DNA of 51,937 nt from Mustelus asterias (lineage: Eukaryota): contig NW_027590419.1 in the NCBI RefSeq assembly GCF_964213995.1, positions 310,001 to 361,937 of the forward strand, in the 5' to 3' direction. The notes beneath the pieces are model-generated. The model was not told the DNA's origin and searched no databases. It saw only the letters and a program-made list of their open reading frames with translations. Positions 34,201 to 48,550 of the stretch are shown here, one piece after another (the stretch's first letter is position 1; every line of letters starts with the position of its first letter). The position numbers and the translations under genes are program-made.

Positions 34201-36690
34201 TACATTGGAGCAGGGATCACTGGGAATACCCCCTCCCCCTGACACACAGACCACTAACCCTCCGTGTAAAAGCCCCACCAGTCTATCTGTGAATAAAAAT
34301 GAACGACCAAGACACGGGGACTTTTATTAATATTTTTCTCTCTGGTTATAGCTCTTGTCCGAGGATTCCTCACGGCAAAACTATTCGCTCTCTGCATCGC
34401 CAAAGTTTCCAAAGGAATTCTCCTTGGAAGAGAGAAAGAGAAAATAAAGTGAAATTTGATTAAACACAAAACAAAAGCTGATTATAAACAATAAAAGGCA
34501 CAGCAAGATCCCAGGACTTGCTGAAATTCACAATCTCACTGGGGGAGGTGGGGGAAACATTCATTTTCACCTCCTCATTATTAAACCCTGACAAAATGGG
34601 AACACGTTTCAAATGCAATGAACTTCCAACTGCCTCCTGACTGTCCCGATATTGAATTTATTAAACACATCAAAGCATTCTGGGGGCTTTACTCCAGAGA
34701 CAGGCCAGTGAAAAAACACAGGAGGCCCCAATGAAGTTCCCACTTCTATCAGTCACCTCTCTCCCCTCACTCTGTTTCTCCCTCTCCGTCTCTTACACAC
34801 TTCCCCCCAGATCTCTATCTGTCCAATACCCCGTCTCTGCTCCTGTCTCTGGATAACCTGTCCTGATCTCTGCTCTGTTTCTCTATCTCGAGGCGAATCT
34901 GGATTGAAATGCTCTCTCTAAGTTTCTGTCTGACCGTTTAAAATAAAACTCACAATCAAAAGGGAAATGAGAAGGGGGCGGGAGCAGGAAAATCCACAAT
35001 CCCACCCTGAAGCGGCTGCTTCACATTTTATTGAACCATTGAATTCAGCCACTTAAACCCTGTTGGGGAATTAAGCGAATGCAAAAGTGCTGCTGAGATT
35101 TAGGCCGTGAAGTGAGGCCTAGTCACAGAGGCTGCATTATTCCTCCGGTAGAAAGAACAAACCCCCCTCTCTCCCACCCCCCAGTTAAACAGAACAATCT
35201 TCTCCATCCACACCCACAAATCCCAGCGCCCTGTCTAAAAACACAAGCAGGACTCTGGGATTGAGAACAAGCCTTTCCCCCAGGCTCAGGAATTTGAATT
35301 TCAGCTCCCTCTCCCTCCCGAGTGCTTCACAGTGAGAGAGAGAGAGAGAGACTGGGAATGCTGCAATCAGGATCCCACAGGGAGTCCCACACTGCAGGAG
35401 GACACCCCCCCCACCCCCAGAGCCTCTGTCTCTATCCCCCTACCCCCCCTCCACTGAGCCCCCCCACACTCCCCACCCATTCTCTGTTCCTCTCTCTCTA
35501 CCCCACCCTCCTTCCTCTCCATCTTTTCATGTTTAAAGTGTGGGGCGCTGTCACAGTGCAGGGAATATGGGGCGGGGAGGAGGGCACAGCAAGATCCCAC
35601 ACACAGTCTGAGCAGGGCTAGATACAAAGTGATTTTTAAGTGAGGATTGGGCTAAAGTGAGTGGGCAATGAGGGAACCACACTTCTCCCTCTCTCTCCCT
35701 CGCTCCCCCCCTCCATCTCTTCCCCCACCCCAAATAAAAATAATGACAAGTCACTCCAGGATTGGGGCTGTTTGTACATTCAATATGAACAGGGAACCTT
35801 CCACTTCGAGCACAGTCACACCTCTCTCTCCCATTCCCTCTGTCTCTCGCTGTTTCTTTCTCTCTGCCTGTTTCTCTGCCTCTATCTCTGAACCTGTCCA
35901 GCCCCCTCTGTGTCTCTTTTGCTTTCCCCCCAGATCTATATATATCCAAACCCCATCTCTGCCCCGGTCTCTCCTACTCTGGATAATCTGTCCTGATCTC
36001 TGCTCTGTTTCCCCGTCTGGGGATGAATGGGGATTAAAATGCTCTCTCTGATAAGTTTCTGTCTGACCGTTTCAAATAATGACGTGTTGTGGGCCACGTT
36101 TGCTATTTCTCAGTGATTTCCATGGGGAAATGGGGAGGGAAGCTCCTCCTGCAAAGCCAGATCTCTCTCTCACTGCAATGTGGCAGCAGCCAGATTCCAA
36201 TATCTTTATATTGGGAAAAAATCTTTTCAAACACAACAGCACAGATTCAGCCTCAGTCACACAGCCGCTGGTTACAAATCCCACCTTCTGGGAGGGTGTG
36301 AGTGAGGGTCTTTTCCCCAGAGACTGGGGAGCTGGGCTGTGAGTGCAGAGCAGAGGACCCCCCCCCGAACCCACCCCGCCCCTCCAGTGTGTCTCCTCTC
36401 CCTGCCCCTCTGCCTTTGATCTCCCTCTGTTACCCTCCCTTTCTCTCTCCCTCCCTGATAACTCACAATCAAAGGAGAAAGATGGGAGAGAGAGATACAG
36501 CAGGAAAACCCACAATCACATCCCCAATCCGATGGATTTAAGCGGCTGCTGCAGGTTTTATTCGGCTGCCTTTCTCTCTCTCTCTCTCTGTCTTTCTCTC
36601 CTCCCCCCCCCTCCCTGTCTTTCTCTGTCTCTGTCTGTCTTTCCCTCCCTCCCTGTCTCTCTCTTTCTCTCTCTCTGTCTTTCCCTCCCT
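31260..36690. repeat. Direct segmental duplication, copy 2, including an expanded 25-bp minisatellite (31702-32210)
   Basis: Near-identical to 3919-9777. Confidence 0.9.
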
Positions 36691-39489
36691 GAAATTAAAT
36701 CAAAAAAATTAACATTGGTGTTTTCCTTCACATTTTATTGAAAGATGAAATATAGACAGGAATGTCTGGGGAGAGAGAGAGGGGAGGGGTGCAGAGATTG
36801 GGAAGAACGCTGGAGAGACAGAGACAGGGAAATTATGAACCCTCCATCCAAATAGAAATTCCTGGGAAAAGAGAGAGGAGAATCTGGAGTCACACAGCAC
36901 AGAAACAGGCCCTTCGGCCCACCAGGTCTATGCTGGCCGTCAAATCCCAATCTATACTCCCCCCATTCCCCAGCACTTGCTGCACAGCCTACGATGCCTC
37001 GGTGATTTAAGTGCTTTAATTTACCCGACCCCCGTTTCCACTTTCTTTCCTTTGAACCCACTTTGCGGTCCGTGAGCGAGATTTTGTTTAATAAAGTGTG
37101 GTCGCTGTTGCAGTGCGAGCAAAGGCCACAGGCCCAGTGTGTGCACAGCAAGATCCCACAACAGCAGCAGCAACAGCAACAATGTGAACCTGAATCAGAT
37201 GGGACACAGTCCTCCCCAACACACCCCCAACACTCTCGCCTGCTGTGAGCCCCCTTCCCCACTCAGTACCCTGTGTGTGTGTGTGTGTGTCTGTGTGTGT
37301 GTGCGCCTGTGTGTGTATCTGTCTGTGTGTGTCTCATCCCAAATTTTCAGAAAGGGTTGAACTCCCTCTTAAAACGAAGCCAAACCCTTTTTAAAACACA
37401 ATCTCTGTGGTGCTCTGGAAGATCCCAGAAGGTGCAGTTCGCTGTGTTGTGTGTTTTAATTTGGGAAATGTTTATACAGAGGGAGAGTGAGGCAGAGAGG
37501 GGCTGAGGCTGTGAAATCCACCCCCCCCCCCTCGCCCCGGGACCCTCAGAATTGAATCATAACGTGTAGGTCCACACGGGGGCACAGTGGTTGGCGCTGC
37601 TGCCTCACAGCTCCAGGGACCCGGGTTCAATTCCCGGCTCGGGTCACTGTGATCCTGTGTCTCTTCCCCCACCCCCTCACTGCACCCCCACAAACCTCAC
37701 CTCTTGCTTTCTTTTCCTGTTTTCCCCCTCACTCTCCCCCTCTCTCTCCCACTCCCTCCATCTTTCTCTCTCACTCCCTGTCTGCCTTTCTCTCTCCGTC
37801 CATCTTTCTCTCTCTCCCACTCCCTCCATCTTTCTCTCTCACTCCCTGTCTGCCTTTCTCTCTCTCTCCGTCCATCTTTCTCTCTCTCCCACTCCCTCCA
37901 TCTTTCTCTGTCTTTCTCTCTCTCTCCCTCGCACTGTTTCTCTCTCTCTTTCTCCCTGCCTGTCTCTCTCTCTGTCTTTCCCCCTCTTTCTCTTTCTCTC
38001 TCTCTCTGTCTTTCCCCCTCTTTCTCTTTCCCTCTCTCTCTTTCCCTCTCTCTCTTTCTCCCTCCCTCCCTGTCTTTCTCTTTCTCTCTCAGAGACTGGG
38101 AATGCTGCAATCAGGATCCCACAGGGAGTCCCACACTGCAGGAGGACACCCCCCCCACCCCCAGAGCCTCTGTCTCTGTCCCCCTACCCCCCTCCACTGA
38201 GCCCCCCCACACTCCCCACCCCTTCTCGGTTCCTCTCTCTACCCCACCCTCCTTCCCCTCCATCTTTTTATGTTTAAAATGTGGGGCGCTGTCACGGTGC
38301 GGGAAATATGAGGAGGGGAGACAGAGCATGAGGGCACAGCAAGATCCCACACACACAGTCTGAGCAGGGCCAGATAGATACAAAGTGATTTTTAAATGAG
38401 GATTGGGGTAAAGTGAGTGGGAAATGAGGGAACCACACTTCTCCCTCTCTCTCCCTCCACACGAGAGACCCCCAGATCCTGTGTCTCTTCCCCCACCCCC
38501 TCACTGCACCCCCCACAAACCTCACCTCTTGCTGCCCTTTCCTGCTCTCCCTCACTCTCCCCTCTCTGTCTCTCTCTCCCCCCCTCTCTGTCTCTTTCTC
38601 TCTGTCTCTCTGTAATATGGTTATGAAGCTGCATATATAAGGTTAAAGATGTGGTGTTTGAGAAATGTAAATATTGAAAAGAAATGCTGAGAAAACCAAA
38701 ACGAACCATCCAGCGTTGTGTCTTTAGAAAGCCACACCCACAGATCCCAGCGCCCTGTCTAAAAACACAAGCAGGACTCTGGGATTGAGAACAAGCCTTT
38801 CCCCCAGGCTCAGGAATTTGAATTTCAGCTCCCTCTCCCTCCCGAGTGCTTCACAGTGAGAGAGAGAGAGACTGGGAATGCTGCAATCAGGATCCCACAG
38901 GGAGTCCCACACTGCAGGAGGACACCCCCCCCCCCACCCCCAGAGCCTCTGTCTCTATCCCCCTACCCCCCTCCACTGAGCCCCCCCACACTCCCCACCC
39001 ATTCTCTGTTCCTCTCTCTACCCCACCCGCCTTCCTCTCCATCTTTTCATGTTTAAAGCATGGGGCTCTGTCATAGTGTGAGGAATATGGGGCAGGGGGG
39101 ACAGAGCATGAGTGCACAGCAAGATCCCACACACAGCTTGAACAGGGCCAGATACAAAGTGATTTTGAAGTGAGGATTGGGGTGAAGTGAGTGGGAAATG
39201 AGGGAACCACACGTCTCCCTCTCTCTCCCCTCCATCTCTCCCCCACCCCAAATGAAAATAATAAGTCACTCCAGCATTGGTGCTGTTAGTACATTTGATC
39301 TGAACAGGGAACCTTCCACTTCGAGCAGAGTCCCACCTCTCTCTGATTCCCTCTTTCTCTCGCTGTTTCTCTCCCTCTATCTCTGAACCTGTCCAGCCCC
39401 CTCTGTGTCTCTTTTGCTTTCCCCCCAGATCTATATATATCCAAACCCCATCTCTGCCCCGGTCTCTCTTGCTCTGGATAATCTGTCCT

Positions 39490-39900
39490 GAGGATTGATT
39501 GAATAAACTGGGATTGTTCTCCCTGGAAAGACGGAGGCTGAGGGACGACCAGCTGGAAGTTTATAAAATTATGAGGGGTGTGGCGAGGATAAACAGTTGG
39601 GAGCTTTTTGCCAGGACAGAAATGATAATTACAAGGGGGAACAAGTTCAAGATAAGGGGGGAAAGGTTGAGTGGAGATGTGCGGGGAAGGTTTTTACACA
39701 GAGGGTGGTGGGGGCCTGGAATGCGCTGCCAAGTGAGGTGGTTGGGGCAGATACATTAGTGACATTTAAGACTTATCTGGATAGACACATGAACAAACGG
39801 GGTAGAGAGGGATACAGGCCATTGGTCTCGATAGGTAAACATGATCGGCGCAGGCTTGGAGGGCCAAAGGACCTGTTCCTGTGCTGAGCTGTTCTTTGTA
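39490..39900 (+). mobile_element. CR1 LINE 3' fragment
   Basis: NKLGLFSLERRRLRDDQLEVYKIMRG; FTQRVVGAWNALP. Confidence 0.88.
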
Positions 39901-40399
39901 TTAAAGTGGCTGCTGCAGGTTTTATTCGACCGTCGAGTCCCATCGATTTAAACACAGGCACTGTTTGGAAAAGGAGCAAAATGCAAAAGCCTTCCTGAGG
40001 TTAGGCCTGGGATTGAGGCCTGGTCACAGAGGCTGCATTATACATCCTGGACAAAGAACAGGTTCCCCAGGCCCCGGCCAGTTCACCAGAACAATCCCCT
40101 CCAGCCCCGAAACCTCCCGGACAGGGCCTGGGAGGAGGGAGGGGGGGAAAGGGAACCTGTGCTGCCCCCACCCCCTGTCCCCTTCCACCCTCCCCTCACA
40201 CCGCACGCAGCCCCCATTACAGAATCACAGAATCCTACAGTACAGAAGGAAGCCATTCGGCCCATCAGGTCTACACCAACCACATTCCCATCCAGGCCCC
40301 ATCCTCATTACTCCATGTGACTCTCTCTCTCTCTCTCTCTCCCTGTCTCTCTCTCTCTTTGTGTGACTTTCTCTCTGTCTCTCCCGATCTCTCTCTCCC

Positions 40400-41426
40400 T
40401 GTCTAATATGGTTATGAAGTTGCGTATATCAGGTTAAAAATGTGGTGTTTGACAAATGTAAATATTGAAAAGAAATGCTGAGAAAACCAAAACGAACCAT
40501 CCAGCGTTGTGTCTTTAGAAAGCCTGTGTCTCTGTGCTGGGGATTTTAAACTGCAGAAAGCAGGCTGCAGAACACAACTTTACAACATTTGTGTCCAAAG
40601 CAGCAGCCAGAGTCCCAGCAGAGCAAAACAGGCTTTGAACTGGACCAATGATTTTAAAACAAGCTCTCAAACGCACACAACCAATTGCATTCAAATTGGG
40701 GCGTTGGTGACAGCCTCAAGCCACTCAAATTGCAGGAATACTGTGAGGAAATTCTGGGTATTTAAACCCGGGACAGGGGGAAATAACGGGGAGGGAGCGA
40801 CCTTGCTGCCTCTTTAGATTGAAGGGGGGAGAGTCTGATACTGAATCCTGCAGTAATATATACAGCTTCATCACATCACCATCTAAATAGAAGCAGAAAC
40901 CAACTCAGAAAGTATTCCAGACCCAAGCAGCAGAAGGAAGTTCACACTTCCAACAGACGCCTGGTGTTATATTATTTGAGGGTGACTCTATTCTGTAATG
41001 ATTTATTTCATTATTCCTGAGTGAGTCTTGTCCTTGGAACAGCATTCTACTGGGGAGTTTATTCAGTTTGTTCATTGTTTTAATAAGGTTGTCACCCAGT
41101 CTAAATTAAAGACCTGTTCGTTGTTCCTGATGGAGAGAGTGTCAGATCTTGCTTTAATTTACCAATTTCTCCCACAGTCCAAAGCTGTGCGGGTTCGGTG
41201 GATTGGCCGTGTTAAATTGACCCCAGTGTCAGGGGGATTAGCAGGTTAAAAGTGTGGGGTCATGGGAATAGGGCCTGGGTGGGATTGTGGTCGGTACAGA
41301 CTAGATGGGCCGAATGACCTCCTTCTGCACTGTAGGGATTGAATGTCTAAAACCAGTCGCTTCCTCCTGTCTCTCACACACTTATTTAAGATTACGAGGC
41401 GAGGTGTATCCCTTTAGGGGGTTACA
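40400..41426 (+). mobile_element. Probable solo LTR (TG...CA) with a nested HE1 fragment at ~41165-41345
   Basis: Starts TGT(C)TAATATGG (5' part also at 38611) and ends GGGGTTACA. Contains CCAAT boxes and GGGTATTTAAA. No TSD confirmed. Confidence 0.4.
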
Positions 41427-44399
41427 AAATAGCGCAGAGGGAAACATCACCTCAGAGTGGTAACAATATTTATAATCCCACAATCACACACCCACCCTCC
41501 CTTAGTCAATGAATGAATGATTCAAATGACAATGAAGGTAATTCTGCACAGCAAGATCCCACTGCCAGTCCCACAGTGGAGGAGGACACCCCCAGACTCT
41601 GTGTCTCTTTCCCCCTGCCCCTCCTGAGACCCTCTCACACCTCCCCCACCCCCTCTCTGTTTAGCTCTCCCTCCATTCTCTATCTCTCTCTCTGCCTCCT
41701 CCGCCTCCCCAACCCTTCTCCTTCCCCTCAATCTTTCCTGTTTAAAGTTCTGCTCACGGTCACAGTGCGAGGAATAGGGAGCCAGACCCACCTGTGTGCA
41801 CAGCAAGATCCCACACACACACAACCTGGTGAGGGCCAGATTAAATAAATGTTGTGGGTGAGGACTGCAGGAGAGTGTGTGGGAAATGGGATCCACTCCT
41901 CTCTCTCTCTCTCTCTTCCCAAATTAAATTGACAACAATTCACATTGGTGTTTTCTTAAACATTTTAATGAAAGATGAAATATAGACAGGAATGTCTGGG
42001 GAGAGAGAGAGGGGAGGGGAGGGGTGCTGGGATTGGTAAGAACACTGGAGAGACAGAGACAGGGAAATTCTATACCCCCCCCCCCCCCATCCAAATAGAA
42101 ATTCCTGGGAAAAGAGAGAGAAAAGAATCTGGAGTCACACAGCACAGAAACAGGCCCTTCGGCCCACCAGCTCCATGCTGGCCATCAAAACCCAATCTAT
42201 CCTCCTCCCATTCCCCAGCACTTGCTCGAGAGCCTACGATGCCTCGGTGATTAAAGTGCTTGAATTTACCCGACCCCTTTTCAAGCTTTTTCCTTGAACC
42301 CACTTTGCGGTCCCTAAGCCAGATTTTGTTTGAAAAGAAAACGTGTGGGCGCTGTTGCAGTGCAGGCAAAGGCCACAGGCCCAGTGTGTGCACAGCAAGA
42401 TCCCACAGCAGCAGCAGCAATGTGAACCTGAATCAGATGGGACACCGTCCTCCCCCCACCCCTCCCCCACTCTCTTGCCTGCTGTGAGCCCCCTTCCCCA
42501 CTCACTACCCTGTGTGTGTGTCTGCATCATCCCAAATCTCCAGAAAGGCCGGAACTCCCTCTTAAAAGTAACCCTTTTTAAAACTAAAATCCCTGTGGTG
42601 CACAGCAAGATCCCACAAAGTGCAGTCAGCTGTGTTGAGCGTTTTTTAAATTTGGGAATTGTTTATACAGAGTGAGGGAGCCAGAGAGGGGCTGAGACAG
42701 TGAAATCCCTCTCTCAGGACCCTCAGAATTAAACTGGAGACCCTGTCCCTCACTGAAACCCCCCCTCCCTCTAACAGCCTGTGTCTCTCCCCCTGCATCT
42801 AACCCACAACTCCAGCTGTTTCCATCCCTCCCTCTTCCTCTCTCTCCCTGCCTCTCTGTCTCCATCTGTTTCTGCTCGAGAAGAGACGGGGAGAGAGAGA
42901 GACGGGGAGAGACAGAGATAAAGCGAGAGAGACAGATATTTGATAATTAATTGTGTATGGTCGCATGATTGAGTGTGGTTTAATTTGGTGATTTTTTTTA
43001 TACAGAGAGGCAGAGAGAGAGGTGAAGACAGTGACATTCTCCCCCTGGCACCCTCGCAAGTTCAAAGACACAAAAGCTGCAGACACTCACACACACAAAC
43101 TGGGTTTGGTAAGTTTCCCAATCTCTGCAGCTTCCCATGTGGCCCAGGGTTTGAATTGAAATTTAAAAGCAGCTTGGAGAGACTGCAGGATTTTTGAGTT
43201 GAGTTTCTCCCCCCCCCCCTCACCCTGTAAATATAAAATAGAAATTCCTGGATTAAAATATTCCCTTGGACAGAGCAGAGGGAATGTGTGAGTGGTGTGT
43301 GTGTGTGTCTGAGACCTGGGCTGGATTTGGGAATATCTGCCTGCTGAAGAGGGTCAGTGAAACCATCCTGGCTGAATATCTCATCGCTAAAGAGTCACAG
43401 AGAGAGATATCTGATCAATAAATGTGTTACTGAACCCACTCTGGATGCTCCCTCTATCTCTGTCTTTCTCACTAACTTCATTGCAGTGTTAATGTAAGCC
43501 TTGTGACACTAAGAAATAAACTTTAAATCTTTCAACTTTAAAAACTCTCTCTTTCTGTCTCTCTCAGTAACTGCAGCGTTAATGTAAGCCTTACTTGTGA
43601 CACGAATAAACAAACTTTAAAACTTTAAATATCCTCTCTGTCTCTTTCTGTCTCTTTATCTATGTCTCTGTCTCTGTGTGTCTCTGTCTCTCTCAGTAAC
43701 TTCATTGCAGTGTTAATGTAAGCCTTACTTGTGACACTAATAATCAAACTTTAAAACTTTCAATTTTAAAACCTCTGTCTCTGTGTCTCTGTCTCAATTC
43801 AGACACTAGTTCAGTGCCAGGTTGAGAGGGGGTCAGTATTGAGCAGAGTGGGAGGCAGTTTGATACAAAGTTTGCAGAAACTGCAGCGAGTGTTTGTAAA
43901 CATGTTGGGGTTGTGGAAAGGTCAGTGTGTAACAAGCTGAGGGAAGGTGTTTCCACTTCACATGTGGCTACTTTTTGACAGAGTTACCTTTGCATCTACA
44001 GGGAGCTCTGAAGCCTCATGGCTTTCTGCCTGCCTCTGTTTGAACAGTTTAATATGTTTCAGCACTGAGACCTCTGGCCCTTGTTGGGAATATCAGTCTC
44101 CCAGAATACCAGTATACCTGACTGCCCACCTCCCCGCCCGCCAACCCCAGCCCCCAACCCTGTGTGTGTGTTGTCCCAAGTCTGGAGACTTCCCCGCAGT
44201 CCCCTGAAAGGTTTAAACTGCCTCTGAGAAAACACCCCTTTTTAAAACAAAATCCCCAGCAAGATCCCACAAGGTGCAGTCAGCTGTGTTGAGTGTTTTG
44301 TAATTTGGGAAAAGTTTATACAGAGAGAGAGAGAGAGAGTGAGGCAGAGAGGGGCTGAGACAGTGAAATCAAACCCCCCGGGACACCCAGAATGAAAAT

Positions 44400-47300
44400 T
44401 ACACAGCACAAAATCCCAGGATTGCCCCTTTCCAGGTTTTACTGAGAGATTGTCCAACTAAATATTAATTCCTGGGAAAAAGAGGGAGAGAGAGAGAATA
44501 AAGAGAGGCAGATAGAGGAAGGAAATGGAGAGAAAAGCAGAGAGAAATAGACAGAATGGGGGGAAAGCTGTGGAGAGGATGAAATGAAAATCTGAACATC
44601 TGTAAACTGAATTGTAAAGGCCTCTGTGAATTTTATTCAACAATTAGGTTCATTGCTCTGTCTCCGACCCCTGTTATTTTAGATTTAAAGCAAACTTATA
44701 GACAGTTTCATACATAATTTAGTCTTTGCCACCCACCAAAGGGTTAACGTGTTCGTGACTAATTACAAAGCCGGGATATTTTAACCCCAGGGTTTCAAAC
44801 TCCAGCCCCCCCTCCCCACAATCGAATCCGAGGAAGCAAGATTAAAATTAAACCTGGATCAGGATAATAAAGAGACAACAACTCACATGCGGCCTATAGA
44901 ACAGGCTTCAGTCCATCCATCCTCCTCTGGAGAAAAGCCCCTTGTCCAAGGATTCCGAGTCCCGTTGCAGTCTTCAAAATTCAAATTCCTGGGGAGAAGA
45001 GAGAAAATAGTTAATTAAAATACAAGAAAATATTTAAATTAAATAGCACAAGAGCCCAGGATTCCCCTTCTCAGATTTTACTGAGAGATTGTCTAACTAG
45101 ATATGAATTCTTGGGGAAAAGAGAGAGAAAATTAATTAAATACAAGAAACCATTGAAATTAAATCTCACCAAAACGCAGGATTCCCCCTTCTCAGTTACA
45201 CAATCTCTCAGAAACATCAGAATGGCATGAACAGAGAGAGAGAAGTCTACAAACAGAATCTCCTAAAACTGAATTCAAATATCCACAACCCCCCAGTCCA
45301 TCCCTGTCTCCCTCTCAGACTCCAGGAGCTGCTCATCTCCCTCTTTCAGTTTGGGAAGGGGCTGCTGATTCCTTCGGGACACTTTTTAAAATCGCCCTCC
45401 CGGGATTGGTTTCTACAACTCCCTCCATCTCCCTTTCACTATCTCCCTCTCTTTTCTCCCTCTGCTCCTGTCTCTCTTACTCAGTGTAAAGATGGATGTT
45501 CCTGTCTAGATCCTTGTCCCTGTCCCCTCTCTTTCTCACTCGTTGTCTCTGTCCACAGCTGTTTCTTTCCCTCTCTCTCATGTACTCTGCATTGAAATGA
45601 GCGATGCCATATTCCTGTCTCCCTGTTTACAATAACACAGTTTTTGTTGATTAAAGGTTTAAAGAGACACAAAGGAAGATGGAGCCAGAGAGAGAGAGCG
45701 ACATTCTGGAGAGTGATAGACAGATATGGAAGAATGCTCGAGAGAGAGACATTCTGGAGAGTGATGGACAGATATGGAAGAACGCTCGAGAGAGAGACAT
45801 TCTGGAGAGTGATAGACAGATATGGAAGAATGCTCGAGAGGGAGAGAGAGACATTCTGGTGAGTGATGGACAGATATGGAAGAATGCTCGAGAGGGAGAG
45901 AGAGACATTCTGGTGAGTGATGGACAGATATGGAAGAATGCTCGAGAGGGAGAGATGAATGGAAAGAAACAGGAAGGGAGAGAAAGCTGAAGATAGGGGA
46001 AAAATACTGGAGAGAGAGACAGAGAGAAATAGAATGGGGAAGAAAGCTGCAGAGGGGAAGATAAATGTAAAGGCTGAACTTCAGAAAATTGAATTGTAAT
46101 GTCCTCTGTGAATCTTATTTAACATTCGGGTAAATCACTCTCTCCCACCCCTGTTATTTTGGATTTGCATCAAACTTTTAGACAGTTTCATATTACAGAT
46201 ATTTAATTTACTCTTTGCCACCCAGCAAAGGGTTAACCTGTTTGCGACTAACTGCAATGCCAGGATATTTTAACCACAGGGTTTCAAACTCCACCCCCCC
46301 ACACCCCACAATCGAACCAGGACTGGTTCATCCGAGGAAGCGAGATTAAAATTAAACCTGGATCAGGGTAATAAAGAGACGACAACTCACATGCGGCCTA
46401 TAGAACAGGCCTCAGTCCATCCATCCTCCTCTGGAGAAAAGCCCCTTGTCCAAGGATTCTCAGTCCCATTGCAGTCTTCAAAATTCAAATTCCTGGGGAG
46501 AAGAGAAAATAATGAATTAAGGTACAAGAAAATGTTTAAATTAAATAGCACAAGAGCCCAGGATTCCCCCTTCTAAGATTTCACTGAGAGATTGTTTAAC
46601 TAAATATGAATTCCTTGGGAAGAGATAGAATATAATTAATTTAAATACAAGAAAATGTTGAAATTAAATAGCACAAGAGCCCAGGATTCCCCTTTCTCAG
46701 TTACACAATCTCTCAGTAAAATCTATATATTAGTTCTTGGGTAAAAGAGAGAGAAATATATTAAAATACCAGAAAATGTTTAAATTAAATAGCACAAGAG
46801 CCCCAGGATTCCCCCTTCTCAGATTTTACTGAGAGATTGTCCAAAAAAATATTATTTCCTGGGAAAAAGAGGGAGAGAGAGGGAATAAAAAAAAGAGACA
46901 GATAGAGGAAGGAAAGGGATGGAGAGAAAGAAAACAGAGAGGAAATAGAGAGAATGGGGGAAAAGCTGCAGAGAGGACGAAATGAAATTCTGAACTTCTG
47001 AAAACTGAATTGTAAAGGCCTCTGTGAATTTTATTCAACAATTAGGAACAGCAGTCTGTCTCCCATCCCTGTTACCTTGGATTTAAAACAAATTGAGACA
47101 GTTTCATATTACAGACATTTAATTTACTCTTTGCCACCCACCAAAGGGTTAACCTGTTTGTAACTAATTGCAAAGCCGGGATATTTTAACCCCAGGGTTT
47201 CAAACTCCAGCCCCCCCACCCCACAATCGAACCAGGACTGGTTCATCCGAGGAAGCGAGATTAAAATTAAACCTGGATCAGGGTAATAAAGAGACGACAA

Positions 47301-48550
47301 CTCACATGCGGCCTATAGAACAGGCCTCAGTCCATCCATCCTCCTCTGGAGAAAAGCCCCTTGTCCAAGGATTCCGAGTCATGTTGCAGTCTTCAAAATT
47401 CAAATTCCTGGGGAGAAGAGAAAATAATTAATTAAGGTACAAGAAAATGTTTAAATTAAATAGCACAAGAGCCCAGGATTCCCCCTTCTAAGATTTCACT
47501 GAGAGATTGTTTAACTAAATATGAATTCCTTGGGAAGAGATAGAATATAATTAATTTAAATACAAGAAAATGTTGAAATTAAATAGCACAAGAGCCCAGG
47601 ATTCCCCTTTCTCAGTTACACAATCTCTCAGTAAAAGCTAAATATTAATTCTTGGGTAAAAGAGAGAGAAATATATTAAAATACCAGAAAATGTTTAAAT
47701 TAAATAGCACAAGAGCCCAAGATTCCCCCTTCTCAGATTTTACTGACAGATTGTCCAACAAAATATGACTTCCTGGGAAAAAGAGGGAGAGAGAGGGAAT
47801 AGAAAAGAGAGACAGATAGAGGAAGGAAAGGGAGAGAAAGAGAGAAAGCGGAGAGAAATAGACAGAATGGCGGAAAAGCTGCAGAGAGGACACAATGAAA
47901 GTCTGAACATCTGAAAACTGAATTGTAAAGGCCTCTATGAATTTTATTCAACAATTAGGAACAGCGCTCTGTCTCCCATCCCCTGTTATCTTGGATTTAA
48001 AACTAACTTTCAGACTGCTTCATATTACAGATATTTAATTTACTCTTTGCCACCCAGCAAAGGGTTAACCTGTTTCTGACTAACTGCAAAGCCGGGATAT
48101 TTTAACCCCAGGGTTTCAAACTCCAGCTGCCCCCCCACACCCCACAATCGAACCAGAACTGGTTCATCCGAGGAAGCGAGATTAAAATTAAACCTGGATC
48201 AGGGTAACAAAGAGACAACTCACATGCGGCCTATAGAACAGGCTTCAGTCCATCCATCCTCCTCTGGAGAAAAGCCCCTTGTCCAAGGATTCCGAGTCCC
48301 ATTGCAGTCTTCAAAATTCAAATTCCTGGGGAGAAGAGAAAATAATTAATTAAAATACAAGAATTCTTTAAATTAAATAGCACAAGAGCCCAGGATTCCC
48401 CCTTCTCAGTTACACAATCTCTCAGTAAAATCTAAATATTAATTCTTGGGGAAAGAGAGAGAAAATAATTAAAATACAAGAAAATATTTAAATTAAATAG
48501 CACAGCAAAAAACCCAGGATCTCCTCTCAGTGACACAATCTCTCAGTAAC
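44400..48550. repeat. ~0.9 kb tandem array (4 units) with internal ~120-bp subrepeats
   Basis: Core ACTCACATGCGGCCTATAGAACAGG recurs at 44881, 46385, 47300 and 48218. Confidence 0.9.

Larger units (their letters stand above)
36690..42720. repeat. Nested local duplications (36690-37550 ~ 41910-42720; 38090-38460 and 38730-39490 ~ parts of 35200-36000)
   Basis: Repeated blocks such as CTGGGAATGCTGCAATCAGGATCCCACAGGGAGTCCC and GCACAGCAAGATCCCAC. Confidence 0.8.

Noticed and set aside
37591-38363. Leu/Ser-rich ORFs of 180-230 aa
   Set aside because: Products of CT-rich simple repeats.
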